From the NCBI GenBank assembly GCA_021817245.1, contig JAKAVQ010000006.1, positions 66,001 to 130,000 of the forward strand: a stretch of DNA of 64,000 nt, read 5' to 3'. Numbering within the stretch: the first letter of the stretch is position 1; the number at the start of each line of letters is the position of its first letter. Under the pieces are notes generated by a model. That model worked only from the letters and a program-made list of their open reading frames with translations, searched no databases and was not told where the DNA came from. The stretch is from Thermoplasmata archaeon. Its GTDB lineage: Archaea > Thermoplasmatota > Thermoplasmata > Lutacidiplasmatales > UBA184. This document shows positions 39,555-49,927 of this stretch, piece by piece. A program made the translations under genes and the position numbers.

Positions 39555-40352
39555 GTGCCGGCCCCCCTCCGTCCCCGGTTGGCGGTCTGGAAGTTCGCCT
39601 CCTGCGACGGTTGCCAGCTCTCGGTCCTCGACCTCGAGGACGATCTGCTCGCCATCGCCGACCGGCTCGAGATCGCGAACTTCCGCGAGGCGTCGAGCGC
39701 CGTCGTCGACGGACCGTACGATCTTTCGCTGGTCGAGGGCTCGGTGACCACCCCCGAAGACGCCCGCCGGATCCGCGAGGTCCGGGCCGAGTCGCGGGTG
39801 CTCGTGACGATCGGCGCGTGTGCGACCGCCGGCGGGATCCAGTCGCTGCGCAACTTCGCCGAGTTCGAGGAGTTCCGCCGGGCCGTCTATGCCCGGCCCG
39901 AGTACCTCGACACGCTCGCGACATCGACCCCGATCGCCGACCACGTGCCGGTCGACTTCGAGCTGCGCGGTTGTCCGATCTCGAAACACCAGCTCCTCGA
40001 GGTCGTCTCGGCGTTCCTCCAGGGGCGCAGCCCGAACACCCCGAACGAGAGCGTCTGCATCGAGTGCAAGCGACGCGGCACGGTCTGCGTCCTCGTCGCG
40101 CGGGGTACCCCCTGCCTCGGGCCGGTCACCCAGGCCGGGTGCGGGGCGATCTGTCCCGCATTCGACCGCGGCTGCTACGGCTGCTTCGGACCCCAGGGCT
40201 CGCCGAACATTCCCTCCATGGTTGGCCGGCTCCACGAGCTCGGCATGACGCCGGGCGCCGTGCAGCGCGTCTTCCGTACCTACAACGCGATGGCCCCCGC
40301 GTTCAAGGGCGCGGCGGACGCCGCCGGAGCGGAGAAGGGGACCGAACCATGA
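39555..40352 (+). CDS. [NiFe] hydrogenase small (delta) subunit
   Basis: [24 protein letters not shown], cysteine-rich C-terminus ([21 protein letters not shown]...CYGCFGP). Confidence 0.8.
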   Translation: MPAPLRPRLAVWKFASCDGCQLSVLDLEDDLLAIADRLEIANFREASSAVVDGPYDLSLVEGSVTTPEDARRIREVRAESRVLVTIGACATAGGIQSLRNFAEFEEFRRAVYARPEYLDTLATSTPIADHVPVDFELRGCPISKHQLLEVVSAFLQGRSPNTPNESVCIECKRRGTVCVLVARGTPCLGPVTQAGCGAICPAFDRGCYGCFGPQGSPNIPSMVGRLHELGMTPGAVQRVFRTYNAMAPAFKGAADAAGAEKGTEP

Positions 40353-42163
40353 CGGAGAGCGAGCGGACGATCACCGTCGACTACCTCGCGCGGGTCGAAG
40401 GGGAGGGCTCGCTTCGGGTCCGGCTGAGGGGCGAGACCGTCGAGGACGTCGAGCTGCGGATCTTCGAGCCTCCGCGCTTCTTCGAGGCGTTCCTCCGCGG
40501 CCGCTCCTACCTCGAGGCACCCGACATCACCGCGCGGATCTGCGGGATCTGCCCGGTCGCCTACCAGATGAGCAGCGCCCACGCGCTCGAGCGCGCGCTC
40601 GGTGTCACGGTCGGGGGTGCCCTCCGTGACCTCCGGCGGATCCTGTACTGCGGGGAGTGGGTGGAGAGCCACGCGCTCCACATCTACCTGCTCCACGCCC
40701 CCGACTTCCTCGGATACTCCGACGCCGTCCGGCTCGCGAAGGATCACCCCGACGCCGTCCGTCGGGGCCTGGCCCTGAAGAAGGCGGGCAACCACCTGAT
40801 GCAGGTCCTGGGCGGGCGGGAGATCCACCCGATCAACGTCCGGGTCGGCGGGTTCTACCGGGCGCCGAGCCGGGCGGAGCTCGACGCGCTGCGGCCCGAG
40901 CTCGAGCAGGCGCTCGAGATCGCTGAAGAGACCGTACGATTCACCGCCGGCTTCGATTTCCCCGAGATCGAGGAGGACTACGAGTTCGTCGCGCTGCGCC
41001 ACCCGGACGAGTATCCGATGAACGAGGGGGAGGTCGTCTCGAGCCACGGCGTTCGCCTGCCGATGGACCGGTTCGAGGAGGTCTTCGAGGAGGTCCAGGC
41101 CCCGTACTCGAACGCGCTCCAGTCCGTCCACAAGGGGGAGGGCTCCTACCTGGTGGGGCCGCTCGCGCGCTACGCGCTCAACTCCGATCGACTCCCCCCG
41201 CGGGCGAGGACCGCCGCCCGGGCCGCCGGGCTCGCACCGGTCGAGCGGAACCCGTACCGGAGCATCGTCGTGCGGTCGGTCGAGGTCGTCCTTGCGCTCG
41301 AGGAGGCGCTCCGCCTGATCGATCGGTACCGGCCGCCGGACGCCCCGTGCGTGCCGCTCCCGGCGACGTTCCCCGCGACCGGTGCCGCCTGGATCACCGA
41401 GGCCCCCCGGGGGATGCTCTACCACCGCTACCGGCTCCGGGCGGACGGGCTCATCGAGGAGGCGAAGATCGTCGCGCCGACCTCCCAGAACCAGAAGCGG
41501 ATCGAGGACGACCTGCGCCACCTGGTGGGAAAGTCGCTTCGGTGGGACGACGCGGCGCTCACCACGGCGTGCGAGCGCGCGGTCCGCAACCACGACCCGT
41601 GCATCTCCTGCGCGACGCACTTTCTCACCCTCGAGGTCGAGCGCATCCCGGAGGGGACGGGGGAATCCCCGGAAGCGAACCGGGCGGCGCCGACGCTCGT
41701 CGTCGGGCTCGGGCAGGAGGATCGCGGAGACGACCGGGCCGGGATCGAGGTCGTGCGCGTCCTGCGCCGACGGTTCCGCGGGACCGAAGTCGAGTTCCTC
41801 GAAGGACCCGCGGATGTCGCGCTGCTTCTCGACCGCTGGTCCGGCCGCGAGCGAACGATCGTGGTCGACGCGGTGCGCTCCGGTCGACCCGCGGGCACGA
41901 TCCAGGTGCTGGAGGTCCTGGGCGACCGCCTGCCGCCGACCTACGGCGGCTCCTCGACCCACGGGCTCGGCCTTGCCGAGGCCGTGGCGCTCGGCCGGGC
42001 GCTGGACCGCATGCCCCGCCACCTCACGATCTGGGGGATTGAGGTCGGCACGATCCGGATCGGGAGCCCCCCCTCCGGGCCGGTCCTCCGGGCGGTCGAG
42101 GACGTGACGGACCGCCTGGCGCGCGAGCTCGGCGGCCCCCGGCGCGCCGCGCGGGAGACCTGA
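40349..42163 (+). CDS. [NiFe] hydrogenase large (alpha) subunit fused in-frame to a HycI/HyaD-type maturation endopeptidase domain
   Basis: N-terminal Ni-binding RICGICP (L1) and C-terminal DPCISCATH (L2) motifs; 24-aa linker; then protease-like [21 protein letters not shown]...[15 protein letters not shown]; no stop codon between the two (604 aa total). Confidence 0.75.
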   Translation: MTESERTITVDYLARVEGEGSLRVRLRGETVEDVELRIFEPPRFFEAFLRGRSYLEAPDITARICGICPVAYQMSSAHALERALGVTVGGALRDLRRILYCGEWVESHALHIYLLHAPDFLGYSDAVRLAKDHPDAVRRGLALKKAGNHLMQVLGGREIHPINVRVGGFYRAPSRAELDALRPELEQALEIAEETVRFTAGFDFPEIEEDYEFVALRHPDEYPMNEGEVVSSHGVRLPMDRFEEVFEEVQAPYSNALQSVHKGEGSYLVGPLARYALNSDRLPPRARTAARAAGLAPVERNPYRSIVVRSVEVVLALEEALRLIDRYRPPDAPCVPLPATFPATGAAWITEAPRGMLYHRYRLRADGLIEEAKIVAPTSQNQKRIEDDLRHLVGKSLRWDDAALTTACERAVRNHDPCISCATHFLTLEVERIPEGTGESPEANRAAPTLVVGLGQEDRGDDRAGIEVVRVLRRRFRGTEVEFLEGPADVALLLDRWSGRERTIVVDAVRSGRPAGTIQVLEVLGDRLPPTYGGSSTHGLGLAEAVALGRALDRMPRHLTIWGIEVGTIRIGSPPSGPVLRAVEDVTDRLARELGGPRRAARET

Positions 42164-42176
42164 CGGAGGGCGCTCG

Positions 42177-42503
42177 GTGCACGAAGAGGCGCTGCTGCGG
42201 GACCTCGTCCGCAAGGTGGAAGAGGTTGCCCGGGCCCATCGGGTCGAGCGCGTCGAACGGGTGCGGCTCTGGGTCGGGGCGCTCTCCCACCTGACCGAAG
42301 GGACCCTCCGCGCCCGGTGGTCGATGGCGACCATCGGTTCGGTGGCCGAAGGTTCGGGGCTCGAAGTGGAGAGCTCCCTCGACGTCCACGACCCGCGGGC
42401 GCAGGGAGTCGTCCTGCAGAGCCTCACTCCCCGGAGCCCGTGGAAAGGGAGCGGGCATCCGCCGTCCGTAAGGGAAAAGCCCCCGGTTTCCCCGTCGAGT
42501 TAA
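42177..42503 (+). CDS. hypA: HypA-like hydrogenase nickel-insertion protein lacking the C-terminal zinc finger
   Basis: MHEEALLRDLV...ERVRLWVGALSHL...GSVAEGSGLEVE aligns with the HypA N-terminal Ni domain (MHE motif); the C-terminal 43 aa contain no cysteine. Confidence 0.5.
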   Translation: MHEEALLRDLVRKVEEVARAHRVERVERVRLWVGALSHLTEGTLRARWSMATIGSVAEGSGLEVESSLDVHDPRAQGVVLQSLTPRSPWKGSGHPPSVREKPPVSPSS

Positions 42504-42565
42504 AGGGAAGGCGCTCGCATGCGGGATCGGTCGACCGAGAGGGGAACGCCTCCGACGGAGGAACC

Positions 42566-42874
42566 ATGTGCCTGACCGTACCGGGCCGGATCGTGTTGAT
42601 CGAGGAGAGAGGAACCGAAGGGCGCTCCGCCGAGGTCGACTTCGGCGCCCTGCATCGACGGGCGAGCCTCCTGTACGTTCCCGAGGCGGCCGTCGGAGAC
42701 TTCGTGCTGGTCCAGGCCGGCTTCGCGGTGCGCCGCCTCACGGTCACCGAAGCGGAGGAGTCGCTCGCCTACCACCGGGAGCTCTCCGCGCTCTCGGCGG
42801 AGCCGGCGCGGTCGACGACCCAGGGAAACGCGGCGCGGGACCCCGCCACGCCCCCGCACGCAGGCGATCGATGA
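42566..42874 (+). CDS. hypC: Hydrogenase assembly chaperone HypC/HupF
   Basis: MCLTVPGRIVLIEE...AEVDFGALHRRASLLYV...GDFVLVQAGFAV: HypC MCL(A/G)(I/V)P N-terminus and fold. Confidence 0.75.
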   Translation: MCLTVPGRIVLIEERGTEGRSAEVDFGALHRRASLLYVPEAAVGDFVLVQAGFAVRRLTVTEAEESLAYHRELSALSAEPARSTTQGNAARDPATPPHAGDR

Positions 42875-43824
42875 CCGATCGCGCGTCCTGGGTAGGACCC
42901 GGTGTCCTCCTCGTCTTCCTGACCGCGCTCGTGAGCGGGGTCTCCACGTTCGTGAACGCGTTCGCGGTCCAGGGGGCGAGCTCCGACGCCTTCGTCACGA
43001 TCCGCAATCTGGTCGTCGCGGCCGCCCTCGTGCCGGTCGCCCTCGTCACCCGCCGGGCGCTGCGCGCGCCGTCGCTGCGCCTCGTCGACTGGGCGCGGCT
43101 CGTCTCGATCGGACTTCTCGGCGGGGCGATCCCGTTCCTCCTCTTCTTCCACGGGCTCGAGCTCGCGGCCCGCGCCGGGGGCGCCGCCACGGCGTCGTTC
43201 GGTTACCGGACCCTGTTCCTCTGGGCGGGCGTGCTCGCCGCGGTCGGGCTCCGCGAACGACTTCCCCGCCGCGCCCTTCTGGCGGCGGGGCTCCTGCTCG
43301 CCGGGAACGTTCTCCTCCTCGCGCTCACGAGCCCGATCTGGACCGACGGGACCGCCTACGTCCTGGCCGCGACCGGGCTTTGGGCCGTCGAGTACACGCT
43401 GTCCAAGCGGACCCTGCGCGATCTCGCGCCCGCGACCGTCGCGGCCGGGCGGATGGGCTTCGGCGCGCTGTTCCTGGCGGGATACCTCGGGTTCACGGCG
43501 CAGTGGGGCCACGTCGCGGACTTCTCGGGCGGCGATTGGGCCTGGGTCGGGATCAGCGCGGCCTTCCTCCTCGCCTTCGTCGCGTGCTGGTACACCGGCC
43601 TCCAGCGGGTCGACCTGGGTTCCGCGACGAGCGTCCTCGTCCTCGGCTTCCCCATCACCTGGTGCCTCGGGGTCCTTGTCCAGGGGCAGGGACTGTCGCT
43701 CGAGTCCGCGCTGGGGGCGTTGGCCGTGGTGCTCGGCGCCGTGATCGCGGTCGGCTCCACCGCCTTCCGCGCGACCCGCCGGTACCTCTCCGGGGTGCTC
43801 CGTCCCTCGGTCGCGGCGACCTAG
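42871..43824 (+). CDS. EamA/DMT-family transporter
   Basis: 318 aa; ten TM helices arranged as two EamA repeats. Confidence 0.7.
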   Translation: MTDRASWVGPGVLLVFLTALVSGVSTFVNAFAVQGASSDAFVTIRNLVVAAALVPVALVTRRALRAPSLRLVDWARLVSIGLLGGAIPFLLFFHGLELAARAGGAATASFGYRTLFLWAGVLAAVGLRERLPRRALLAAGLLLAGNVLLLALTSPIWTDGTAYVLAATGLWAVEYTLSKRTLRDLAPATVAAGRMGFGALFLAGYLGFTAQWGHVADFSGGDWAWVGISAAFLLAFVACWYTGLQRVDLGSATSVLVLGFPITWCLGVLVQGQGLSLESALGALAVVLGAVIAVGSTAFRATRRYLSGVLRPSVAAT

Positions 43825-43825
43825 G

Positions 43826-44569
43826 ATGGCGGAGGACGGGGCCGCGCTCTGCGCCCGCTTCAGCCTCGCGACCAATCGGCTGCAGTACTGCGGCCCGAAC
43901 GATGCCGAGGGACCGCTCTACCGGGCGATCGTGGAGGGGACCGACCTCGACCGCGCCCGAAACGCGCTGCGGCGCTTCGAGGCGCTGTATCCGTATCTCG
44001 CGGCGATCGGGGAGCGGCACCAGCTTGACCCGTTCGACGCCCGGGTCGTCGAGGCGTACTGGATCGGAAACCGACTGCTCGACGACTTCGGGCGCGAGCG
44101 GTTCATCGCGCTCCTTCACACGCTCGGCCGTCGGGGCCTTCCCCCCCGCACGGTGGATCGCCTGGTGGCCCACCTCCCCGAGCGCCCGCTGCCGCATCAC
44201 GCGTTCCACGTGGCGTACGTCGGAGTCGGCGAGGTGACGGGTCATGTGCCGACCACGCTCGCGAACCTTGAGGCGTGCCGTCCGGCACCCGCCCGGGTGA
44301 CCCGGTGCTTGCCGGGAGAGCTCGAAGTCGAACGACGCCCGCTCGTGGTCGACGGAGGCCGACTGGAGCTGGGACCTCCGACGCGGGAGCGGCGGCCGTT
44401 CGACCCGCGCATCGTTCCGGAGCCGAGGGTCGGCGACTGGGTGGCCCTCCACTGGGGCCATCCGGCCCTCCTCCTGCACGAGGCTCAACGGGCCGCGCTC
44501 GAGGAGTACACCCGTCGGTCGATCGCCGCGGCGAACGAGGCGCTTCCGGCGCTACGAACGCTGCGGTAA
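43826..44569 (+). CDS. Conserved hypothetical protein
   Basis: 247-aa ORF translationally coupled to the upstream transporter gene; no recognised motif. Confidence 0.4.
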   Translation: MAEDGAALCARFSLATNRLQYCGPNDAEGPLYRAIVEGTDLDRARNALRRFEALYPYLAAIGERHQLDPFDARVVEAYWIGNRLLDDFGRERFIALLHTLGRRGLPPRTVDRLVAHLPERPLPHHAFHVAYVGVGEVTGHVPTTLANLEACRPAPARVTRCLPGELEVERRPLVVDGGRLELGPPTRERRPFDPRIVPEPRVGDWVALHWGHPALLLHEAQRAALEEYTRRSIAAANEALPALRTLR

Positions 44570-44629
44570 GCCGCCGGGCCCAGCGCTCCCCGGGAGGCAA
44601 CCGCGGCGGGCCGGGCGCGCGCCCGAGGA

Positions 44630-45940
44630 TCAGAAGGACAGTCGGGAGAGGCCCGGCAGGGTGATCGAGACGAGGCCGGCGACGACGAGCCCGAGCCCGT
44701 CCAGCGCCAGGAGCGGCTCGAGAGGCAGCCGGGCGGAGAGTTCGCCGACCACGAGGACCGCGATCGACCCCGAGACCCCCGTGAAGAGGTACAAGTTCGC
44801 GCTGAGTCGGCCGAGGAGCTCCGGCGCGTACGACCCCTGGACCCAAGTGTACTTCGCGGTGTACCGGACCGAGACCGCGGCGCCCGCTACCGCCACCAGG
44901 AACGCCGGGAGCGCGAGCGGCACGCCCGTGGGAAGGAGGGCGAGAAGGCTGACGCCGGCGAGGACCGGCGTCAGGATCAGCAGTCGACCGACGTGCCGTC
45001 GGGGATTGGCGTGACCGACGAGAATGCCGGCGAGGGAGCCCCCGAGCGCGAACGCCGTCACAAGGACCGCGTAGGCCGACGCCGGCGTGCCGAAGCGCTC
45101 GAAGGCGATCGCCGGGAGGAGCAGTGGCGGCACCGCCGAGAAGAATCCGAAGAGGACGTCCACGCCCGCCAGCGACCGCAACGATCGACCGGCCCGGCCG
45201 CGGAACGCGTCCCACCCCCGGCGGAACGTTTCGAGGAACCTCGTGTCGGGCGGATGCTCGACCCGCAACCGGAGCGGGAGCGCGATGAGGAACGCGCCGA
45301 GCAGGAGGACGGCGTAGGCGCTCGCGCCCCCGTAGGGCCCCACGAAGTAGAGGAGCGCGCCGCCGCCCGCGTAGCCGCCGACCTGGGTCCCGACGGACAC
45401 GACGCTGGAGAGCCCGTCGGCGACGAACAGCTGTCGCTTCGGGAGGACGAGCGGGGGGGCGATCATGAACGTCGCCCAGACGAAGTCCCAGAGCACCGCG
45501 AGGACCAGGACGAGACCGAGCAGTACCGGCACCGAGAGCGCGCCGCCACGGAGCTCGACCGCGAGCAGCGCTGCCGCGAGGGCCTGGATCGGATAGCAGA
45601 CGAGGAGGACGGTGCGCTTGTCGCGCGCCCGATCGACGAGCGGGGCGATGAGGAAGGTCAGCGTGTAGACTCCGTACTCGATGAACAGCACCGCGCCCGC
45701 GACGAGAAGGTTCCCCGAGAGCCCGTAGGCCAGGAAGAGAACGGAGACCGAGTAGACCGCGTAACCCGCCCCGGCCAGCGTCCCAGACCCGAGGAGCAAA
45801 AGGTAGCGGCGGTTACGGAGGAGCTCGGACCATCCCCCGGTCTGGTACTCGACCTTGTCGCTCCGTGGGGAAGGGCCCGACACCGTCGGCGGATCGTTGC
45901 CGGTCGATCGTGCCATCGACGGGCCTCTCCTCACCGACAC
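44630..45940 (-). CDS. MFS transporter
   Basis: 436 aa; 12 TM helices; major-facilitator-like architecture. Confidence 0.75.
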   Translation of the reverse strand: MSVRRGPSMARSTGNDPPTVSGPSPRSDKVEYQTGGWSELLRNRRYLLLLGSGTLAGAGYAVYSVSVLFLAYGLSGNLLVAGAVLFIEYGVYTLTFLIAPLVDRARDKRTVLLVCYPIQALAAALLAVELRGGALSVPVLLGLVLVLAVLWDFVWATFMIAPPLVLPKRQLFVADGLSSVVSVGTQVGGYAGGGALLYFVGPYGGASAYAVLLLGAFLIALPLRLRVEHPPDTRFLETFRRGWDAFRGRAGRSLRSLAGVDVLFGFFSAVPPLLLPAIAFERFGTPASAYAVLVTAFALGGSLAGILVGHANPRRHVGRLLILTPVLAGVSLLALLPTGVPLALPAFLVAVAGAAVSVRYTAKYTWVQGSYAPELLGRLSANLYLFTGVSGSIAVLVVGELSARLPLEPLLALDGLGLVVAGLVSITLPGLSRLSF

Positions 45941-46653
45941 CCGAGTTCCCCGGGACGGCCGCGTACCCAGAAGCGGCAGACCGGGTCCCCGGCGACCACA
46001 CGATGGCTCACCCGCACATCGGCGTCGAGAAGGTCCCCGAAGAGACGGCGTTCGACGTCGCAGGCTTCGCCGTACCGCTCGGCGATGGCCACGATCGGGC
46101 AGTTGTGCTCGAGGATCGCCTGTCCCCCCTTCGTCGGCCGACCGGCCGACGCCATGTATCCCTCCTCGTCGCGGATGCGGGCAAGCTCGCGGGTGCGGCC
46201 CACGAGATCGAGGCCGGCGAGCCGGCGGGAGTGGCGCGTCCGAAGCTCGGAGGCGCGCTCTTGGAGCATCTCGAGGACAGCGCGTCGCCCGTGCCGACGC
46301 TCGAGGAAGTCGAGCGCGCTCAGGGACATCTGGCGGTAGGCCTCGGGAAATATCCGTTGGGAATCTGCCGATAGGAAGTAGACCGCGAACGGGCGTCCCC
46401 GGCGCCCGTGCTGGTACTCCCGCTCCACGAGCCCCCTCCCCTCGAGCTCGGCGAGATGCTTCCAGGCGGCCGCGCGAGAGACCCCGAGCGCTCCCGCGAC
46501 CTTGACGAGCGAGGAGGGGGAGCGCTTCAGGAAGAGCAGGATCGCGCGCTTCCCGGCGGAGAATCCGGTGGGGATCCCGGGCGTCGCCGGGGCCGCGGGC
46601 AAGATGCAGGAAGGCGGCCCCGATTCATGAACCATGGGGTTGACAAAGTTCAC
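45931..46653 (-). CDS. Winged-helix (ArsR-like) transcription regulator with Cys-containing C-terminal domain
   Basis: LFLKRSPSSLVKVAGALGVSRAAAWKHLAELEGRGLV HTH; C-terminal C-x13-C...C pattern; 3' end overlaps the start of the downstream MFS gene. Confidence 0.5.
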   Translation of the reverse strand: MNFVNPMVHESGPPSCILPAAPATPGIPTGFSAGKRAILLFLKRSPSSLVKVAGALGVSRAAAWKHLAELEGRGLVEREYQHGRRGRPFAVYFLSADSQRIFPEAYRQMSLSALDFLERRHGRRAVLEMLQERASELRTRHSRRLAGLDLVGRTRELARIRDEEGYMASAGRPTKGGQAILEHNCPIVAIAERYGEACDVERRLFGDLLDADVRVSHRVVAGDPVCRFWVRGRPGELGCR

Positions 46654-46783
46654 AAAACGGCTCGTTCGGCAGCGCCCCTCCCAAAGACCGCCGGGACCGG
46701 GTCCACCGGGCGTAACGACTATACGGCCGCCGCGGGTGGGACCGCTCGTGGTCGACCTTCAGGAGACGCCGGCCGTTCCCCCG

Positions 46784-47065
46784 ATGGAACCGGGCGGGGA
46801 CGTGCGCGTCGGCTACTTCGCCGCGGGAAGCCTCCTGGTCGTTCTGGGCTGGGGGCTCGCGGTGGTGCTCAACCTTGTCCTCCATGCGCTCGCCGGATCC
46901 CAAGGAATGGTGTTGGGGCCGGTCCGCATCACCTCCGCGATCGGCGACTACGCCTGGGCGGTGTTCGGGCTCGGATTGTTCACGGGAGCGCTCGGCGTGG
47001 TCCTGATCGGCCTCGGGCGGTCGTCCCCGCGCGGACCGCTCGTGCTGCCCGGGTACGACTACTGA
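46784..47065 (+). CDS. Hypothetical small membrane protein
   Basis: Three hydrophobic helices; start placed at an internal Met; weak support. Confidence 0.2.
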   Translation: MEPGGDVRVGYFAAGSLLVVLGWGLAVVLNLVLHALAGSQGMVLGPVRITSAIGDYAWAVFGLGLFTGALGVVLIGLGRSSPRGPLVLPGYDY

Positions 47066-47274
47066 ATTCGGCCCGGGGCCGGCCGCGACCGGTGCACCCG
47101 TCGGGACGGTGGCTGGCGGGACTCGACCGTGCTCTGGCCGCGGCGCTGGGTCTGCAGGCAGTCGTTGCAGGTGCGCTCGTCCTCGTCGAGGCAGCCGTGG
47201 CAGAACGTGCGGCCGCACACCGTACAGGCGAGCGCCGCCGGTGAACCGCACCGAGCGCACTGACCAATGAACAC
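47059..47274 (-). CDS. Small Cys8 zinc-ribbon protein
   Basis: 71 aa; CARCG...CTVCGRTFCHGCL...CNDC. Confidence 0.4.
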   Translation of the reverse strand: MFIGQCARCGSPAALACTVCGRTFCHGCLDEDERTCNDCLQTQRRGQSTVESRQPPSRRVHRSRPAPGRIQ

Positions 47275-47300
47275 TGGCCCCTCCTCCGGGTAGGAATCGC

Positions 47301-48044
47301 TCAGGCGAGAAGTCCGCTGGCCTTAAGCCCTTCGACAAAGCCGGCGGCGTACGTCGCCCGGCTCACGTACCGAGCCGCCCGGCGAGCCCGAGGGCTGGCG
47401 GAGGCGAAGCTCACCCCGAAGCCGGCGGCGCGCAGCATGCGGACGTCGTTGTCGCCGTCGCCCAGGACCACGCACTGGGAGGTCGAGAGCCCGAGGTGGC
47501 CGAGGGCGCGCACCAGCGCCGGAAGCTTGCCGGCGCCCCGTTCCATGAGGTGGATCGCGAATCCGGTCGACTCCACTTCGACCGGGCAGCCCTTGAGGGC
47601 GCGACGGATCCGGGCGGCGGCGACCGTCGGCTCGAGCGCGACCTCGCTCTCGCGCCATCGGTCGGTGAAGAGACGCCGCACCGGGATCCCCCCGGCGCGG
47701 AGACTTCGATAGGCCCGGCGGGCCGGGGCCGGATCGGCGAGCCGCTCGACGACGTCCCGGCCCAAGCCGTCCCGCCGGTAGAGGATCCCGCCATTCTCGG
47801 CCACGATCGGTCCCGAGAGACCGAGCGACCGGTAGAGAGCGAGGGCGATCGGAAGGACGTTGCCGGTCGCAAGGAGGACGGGCACGCCGCGGTCCTCGAG
47901 CGCTCGGACGCAGCGGAGCGCCTCGAGGTCGAGGCGTCGGCTCGAGTCGGTAAGCGTCCCGTCCACGTCCGTGACCACCGCGCGGAACTCGGTAGGGCCG
48001 TGGGGCCGGCTCCGGAACCTCCGGTCGACCCGGGACCGGCTCAT
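47301..48044 (-). CDS. HAD-IIB phosphatase (phosphoglycolate phosphatase-like)
   Basis: VVTDVDGTLT motif I; GDGDNDVRML motif III; start ATG overlaps the gatE stop (ATGA). Confidence 0.7.
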   Translation of the reverse strand: MSRSRVDRRFRSRPHGPTEFRAVVTDVDGTLTDSSRRLDLEALRCVRALEDRGVPVLLATGNVLPIALALYRSLGLSGPIVAENGGILYRRDGLGRDVVERLADPAPARRAYRSLRAGGIPVRRLFTDRWRESEVALEPTVAAARIRRALKGCPVEVESTGFAIHLMERGAGKLPALVRALGHLGLSTSQCVVLGDGDNDVRMLRAAGFGVSFASASPRARRAARYVSRATYAAGFVEGLKASGLLA

Positions 48045-49927
48045 GATCCGGTGCCGGTGGGTGGCGCCTCGCCGTCGGCGATCCGCGCGATCGCTGCGCG
48101 GAGCGCATCGGCGACCTCCTTTCCGTCGCGGCGGCCCCGAACCTCTCGCATCACGTCGCCCATCAGCGCCGAGAACGCCTCCTTGCCCCGGCGGCGGACG
48201 AGCTCCTCGTTCGCCCGAACGACCCGGTCGACCAGCGCCGCCAGCTCCTCGGCCCGGAATCCCGAGAGCCCCGAGCGCTCGACCGCGGTATCGAGGTCGG
48301 GCGCCCCGGCGGCGAGCGCCGACAGGACGGCCGGGATCCCCTCTTTCGCAAATCGGCCCGACTCGACCGCGGTGAGCAAGGCGTCGAGCGTTACCGGTTC
48401 GAGCGCGAAGGGTCCGCTTCCCTCCGGGCGAGTGACCGACGGGAGTTCGTGGAGGAGGAGGCGGGCCACGAGCGCGGGAGCGTGGCCGTGCGCGGTGAGC
48501 TCCTCGAACGGCTCCTCGTCCTCGCTGTAGACGATCTGCCGGACCACCTCGGGGTCCAGCCCGTGCTCCCGGGCCAGGCGGGCGCGGCGCGCCTCCGGGC
48601 GCTCGGGCAGCGAGCGCTCGACGGACCGGATCCGATCCCTGCCGATCGGGATCGGCGGGATGTCGGTCTCGGGGTACATCCGGTCGCGGCCGGGAAGCGG
48701 TCGGGAGTAGCGGCTCCGGCCCTCCGCGAGGGGGTCCCGGGTCTCCCCGGGAACTCCCGACCGCGCCGCATTGGCCCGTTGGGCGACCCGCCGGAGGACG
48801 AGCTCGGCCCGATCCCTCGACCGCTCCGACACGAGCACGAACGCATCGCCGGCTCCGAGCATCAGGCGGGCCCGGATCTCCCGGACCCGCTCCTCCGTGA
48901 TTCCGTGCGCGGGGAGCTCGTCCGAGTGAAGGAGCCCCCGGACCCCCAGCGCCCGGGCCTGGTCGGCGAGCTCCCGTCCAAGCCGCTCCTCGGTCCCGGC
49001 GGGCGAGCGGAGGAGCCCGTCGAATCCGGGAAGGGCGAGGGCGAGCACCACGGTCGAACCTTTCCCGGCGCCGGCGAGCGGCCCGCTCGTGATGTCGTCG
49101 ACAAGCCCGGTCAGGTCGACCGGTCGGCCGTCGGGCGGCGGGGCGGACCGGCGGGCGAGTTCGTCCCGGATCTCGAGGAGGAGACGCTGCCGGGCGACCT
49201 CGCGGTCGACGTACTCCTGGATCTTGTTGAGCTCCTGGACCCCCTTGATCTCGATACGGTGACCACCGTCCGCGGAGACGTTGAGGTCCTCCCGGATCGT
49301 CCCGATGCCTCGGCGCACCCGCCGGGTCGCTCGCAGGAGCGCCCCGATCTCCTGGGCGACCGCGCGGGCCTCGCGTCCCGTGGAGATCTCGGGCCCGGTC
49401 GCGATCTCGACGAGCGGGATCCCGAGTCGATCGAGACGGTAGGTAACCTCTTCGCCACTCTCGCGGACCTTGCGTGCCGCATCCTCCTCGAGGCACACGG
49501 AAAGGATGGAGATCCGGCGCCCGTCCACGTCGAGATGGCCATCGGTCGCGATGAGCGCGGTCCGTTGGAATCCCGAGGTGTTCGAACCGTCGACTACGAT
49601 CTTGCGCATGACCGTGATCTCGTCGACCGGTCGAGCGTTCAAGAGGAGCGCGAGCGCAAGCGCCGTATCGAGCGCCGCGGGGTTCAAAGGATGGGGAGGC
49701 TCCTCGTCGAGCTCTACGAGACAGCTCGACGGAACGACCTCGTACCGGTAACGCAGCTCCCGGGAAGCCTGGAAGGCCGCGGCCGCATCGATCGCGCGAT
49801 CTTCTCCACCCGCCGGACGAAGCCGCCGCACGACGGTACCGAGGACCTCCTCGGAGAGCTCGGAGGGGCAGGCGCAGAACAGCTTCGAGAGCGAGAGCTG
49901 CTGGTGGACCTCGAGGCCGGCCTTCAT
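48041..49927 (-). CDS. gatE: Glutamyl-tRNA(Gln) amidotransferase subunit E
   Basis: 628 aa; MKAGLEVHQQL... GatB/E catalytic core and C-terminal YqeY-like tail; archaeal-specific. Confidence 0.85.
   Translation of the reverse strand: MKAGLEVHQQLSLSKLFCACPSELSEEVLGTVVRRLRPAGGEDRAIDAAAAFQASRELRYRYEVVPSSCLVELDEEPPHPLNPAALDTALALALLLNARPVDEITVMRKIVVDGSNTSGFQRTALIATDGHLDVDGRRISILSVCLEEDAARKVRESGEEVTYRLDRLGIPLVEIATGPEISTGREARAVAQEIGALLRATRRVRRGIGTIREDLNVSADGGHRIEIKGVQELNKIQEYVDREVARQRLLLEIRDELARRSAPPPDGRPVDLTGLVDDITSGPLAGAGKGSTVVLALALPGFDGLLRSPAGTEERLGRELADQARALGVRGLLHSDELPAHGITEERVREIRARLMLGAGDAFVLVSERSRDRAELVLRRVAQRANAARSGVPGETRDPLAEGRSRYSRPLPGRDRMYPETDIPPIPIGRDRIRSVERSLPERPEARRARLAREHGLDPEVVRQIVYSEDEEPFEELTAHGHAPALVARLLLHELPSVTRPEGSGPFALEPVTLDALLTAVESGRFAKEGIPAVLSALAAGAPDLDTAVERSGLSGFRAEELAALVDRVVRANEELVRRRGKEAFSALMGDVMREVRGRRDGKEVADALRAAIARIADGEAPPTGTGS

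Noticed and set aside
40280-42427. 715-aa ORF on the minus strand
   Set aside because: Antisense to the hydrogenase large subunit, hypA and hypC. No recognisable domains.
47301-49496. Single 731-aa ORF spanning the PGP and gatE region on the minus strand
   Set aside because: Only the 3' 248 codons (47301-48044) form the HAD phosphatase. The upstream part is an out-of-frame read-through of gatE, which is cleanly defined in another frame with an ATGA-coupled junction.
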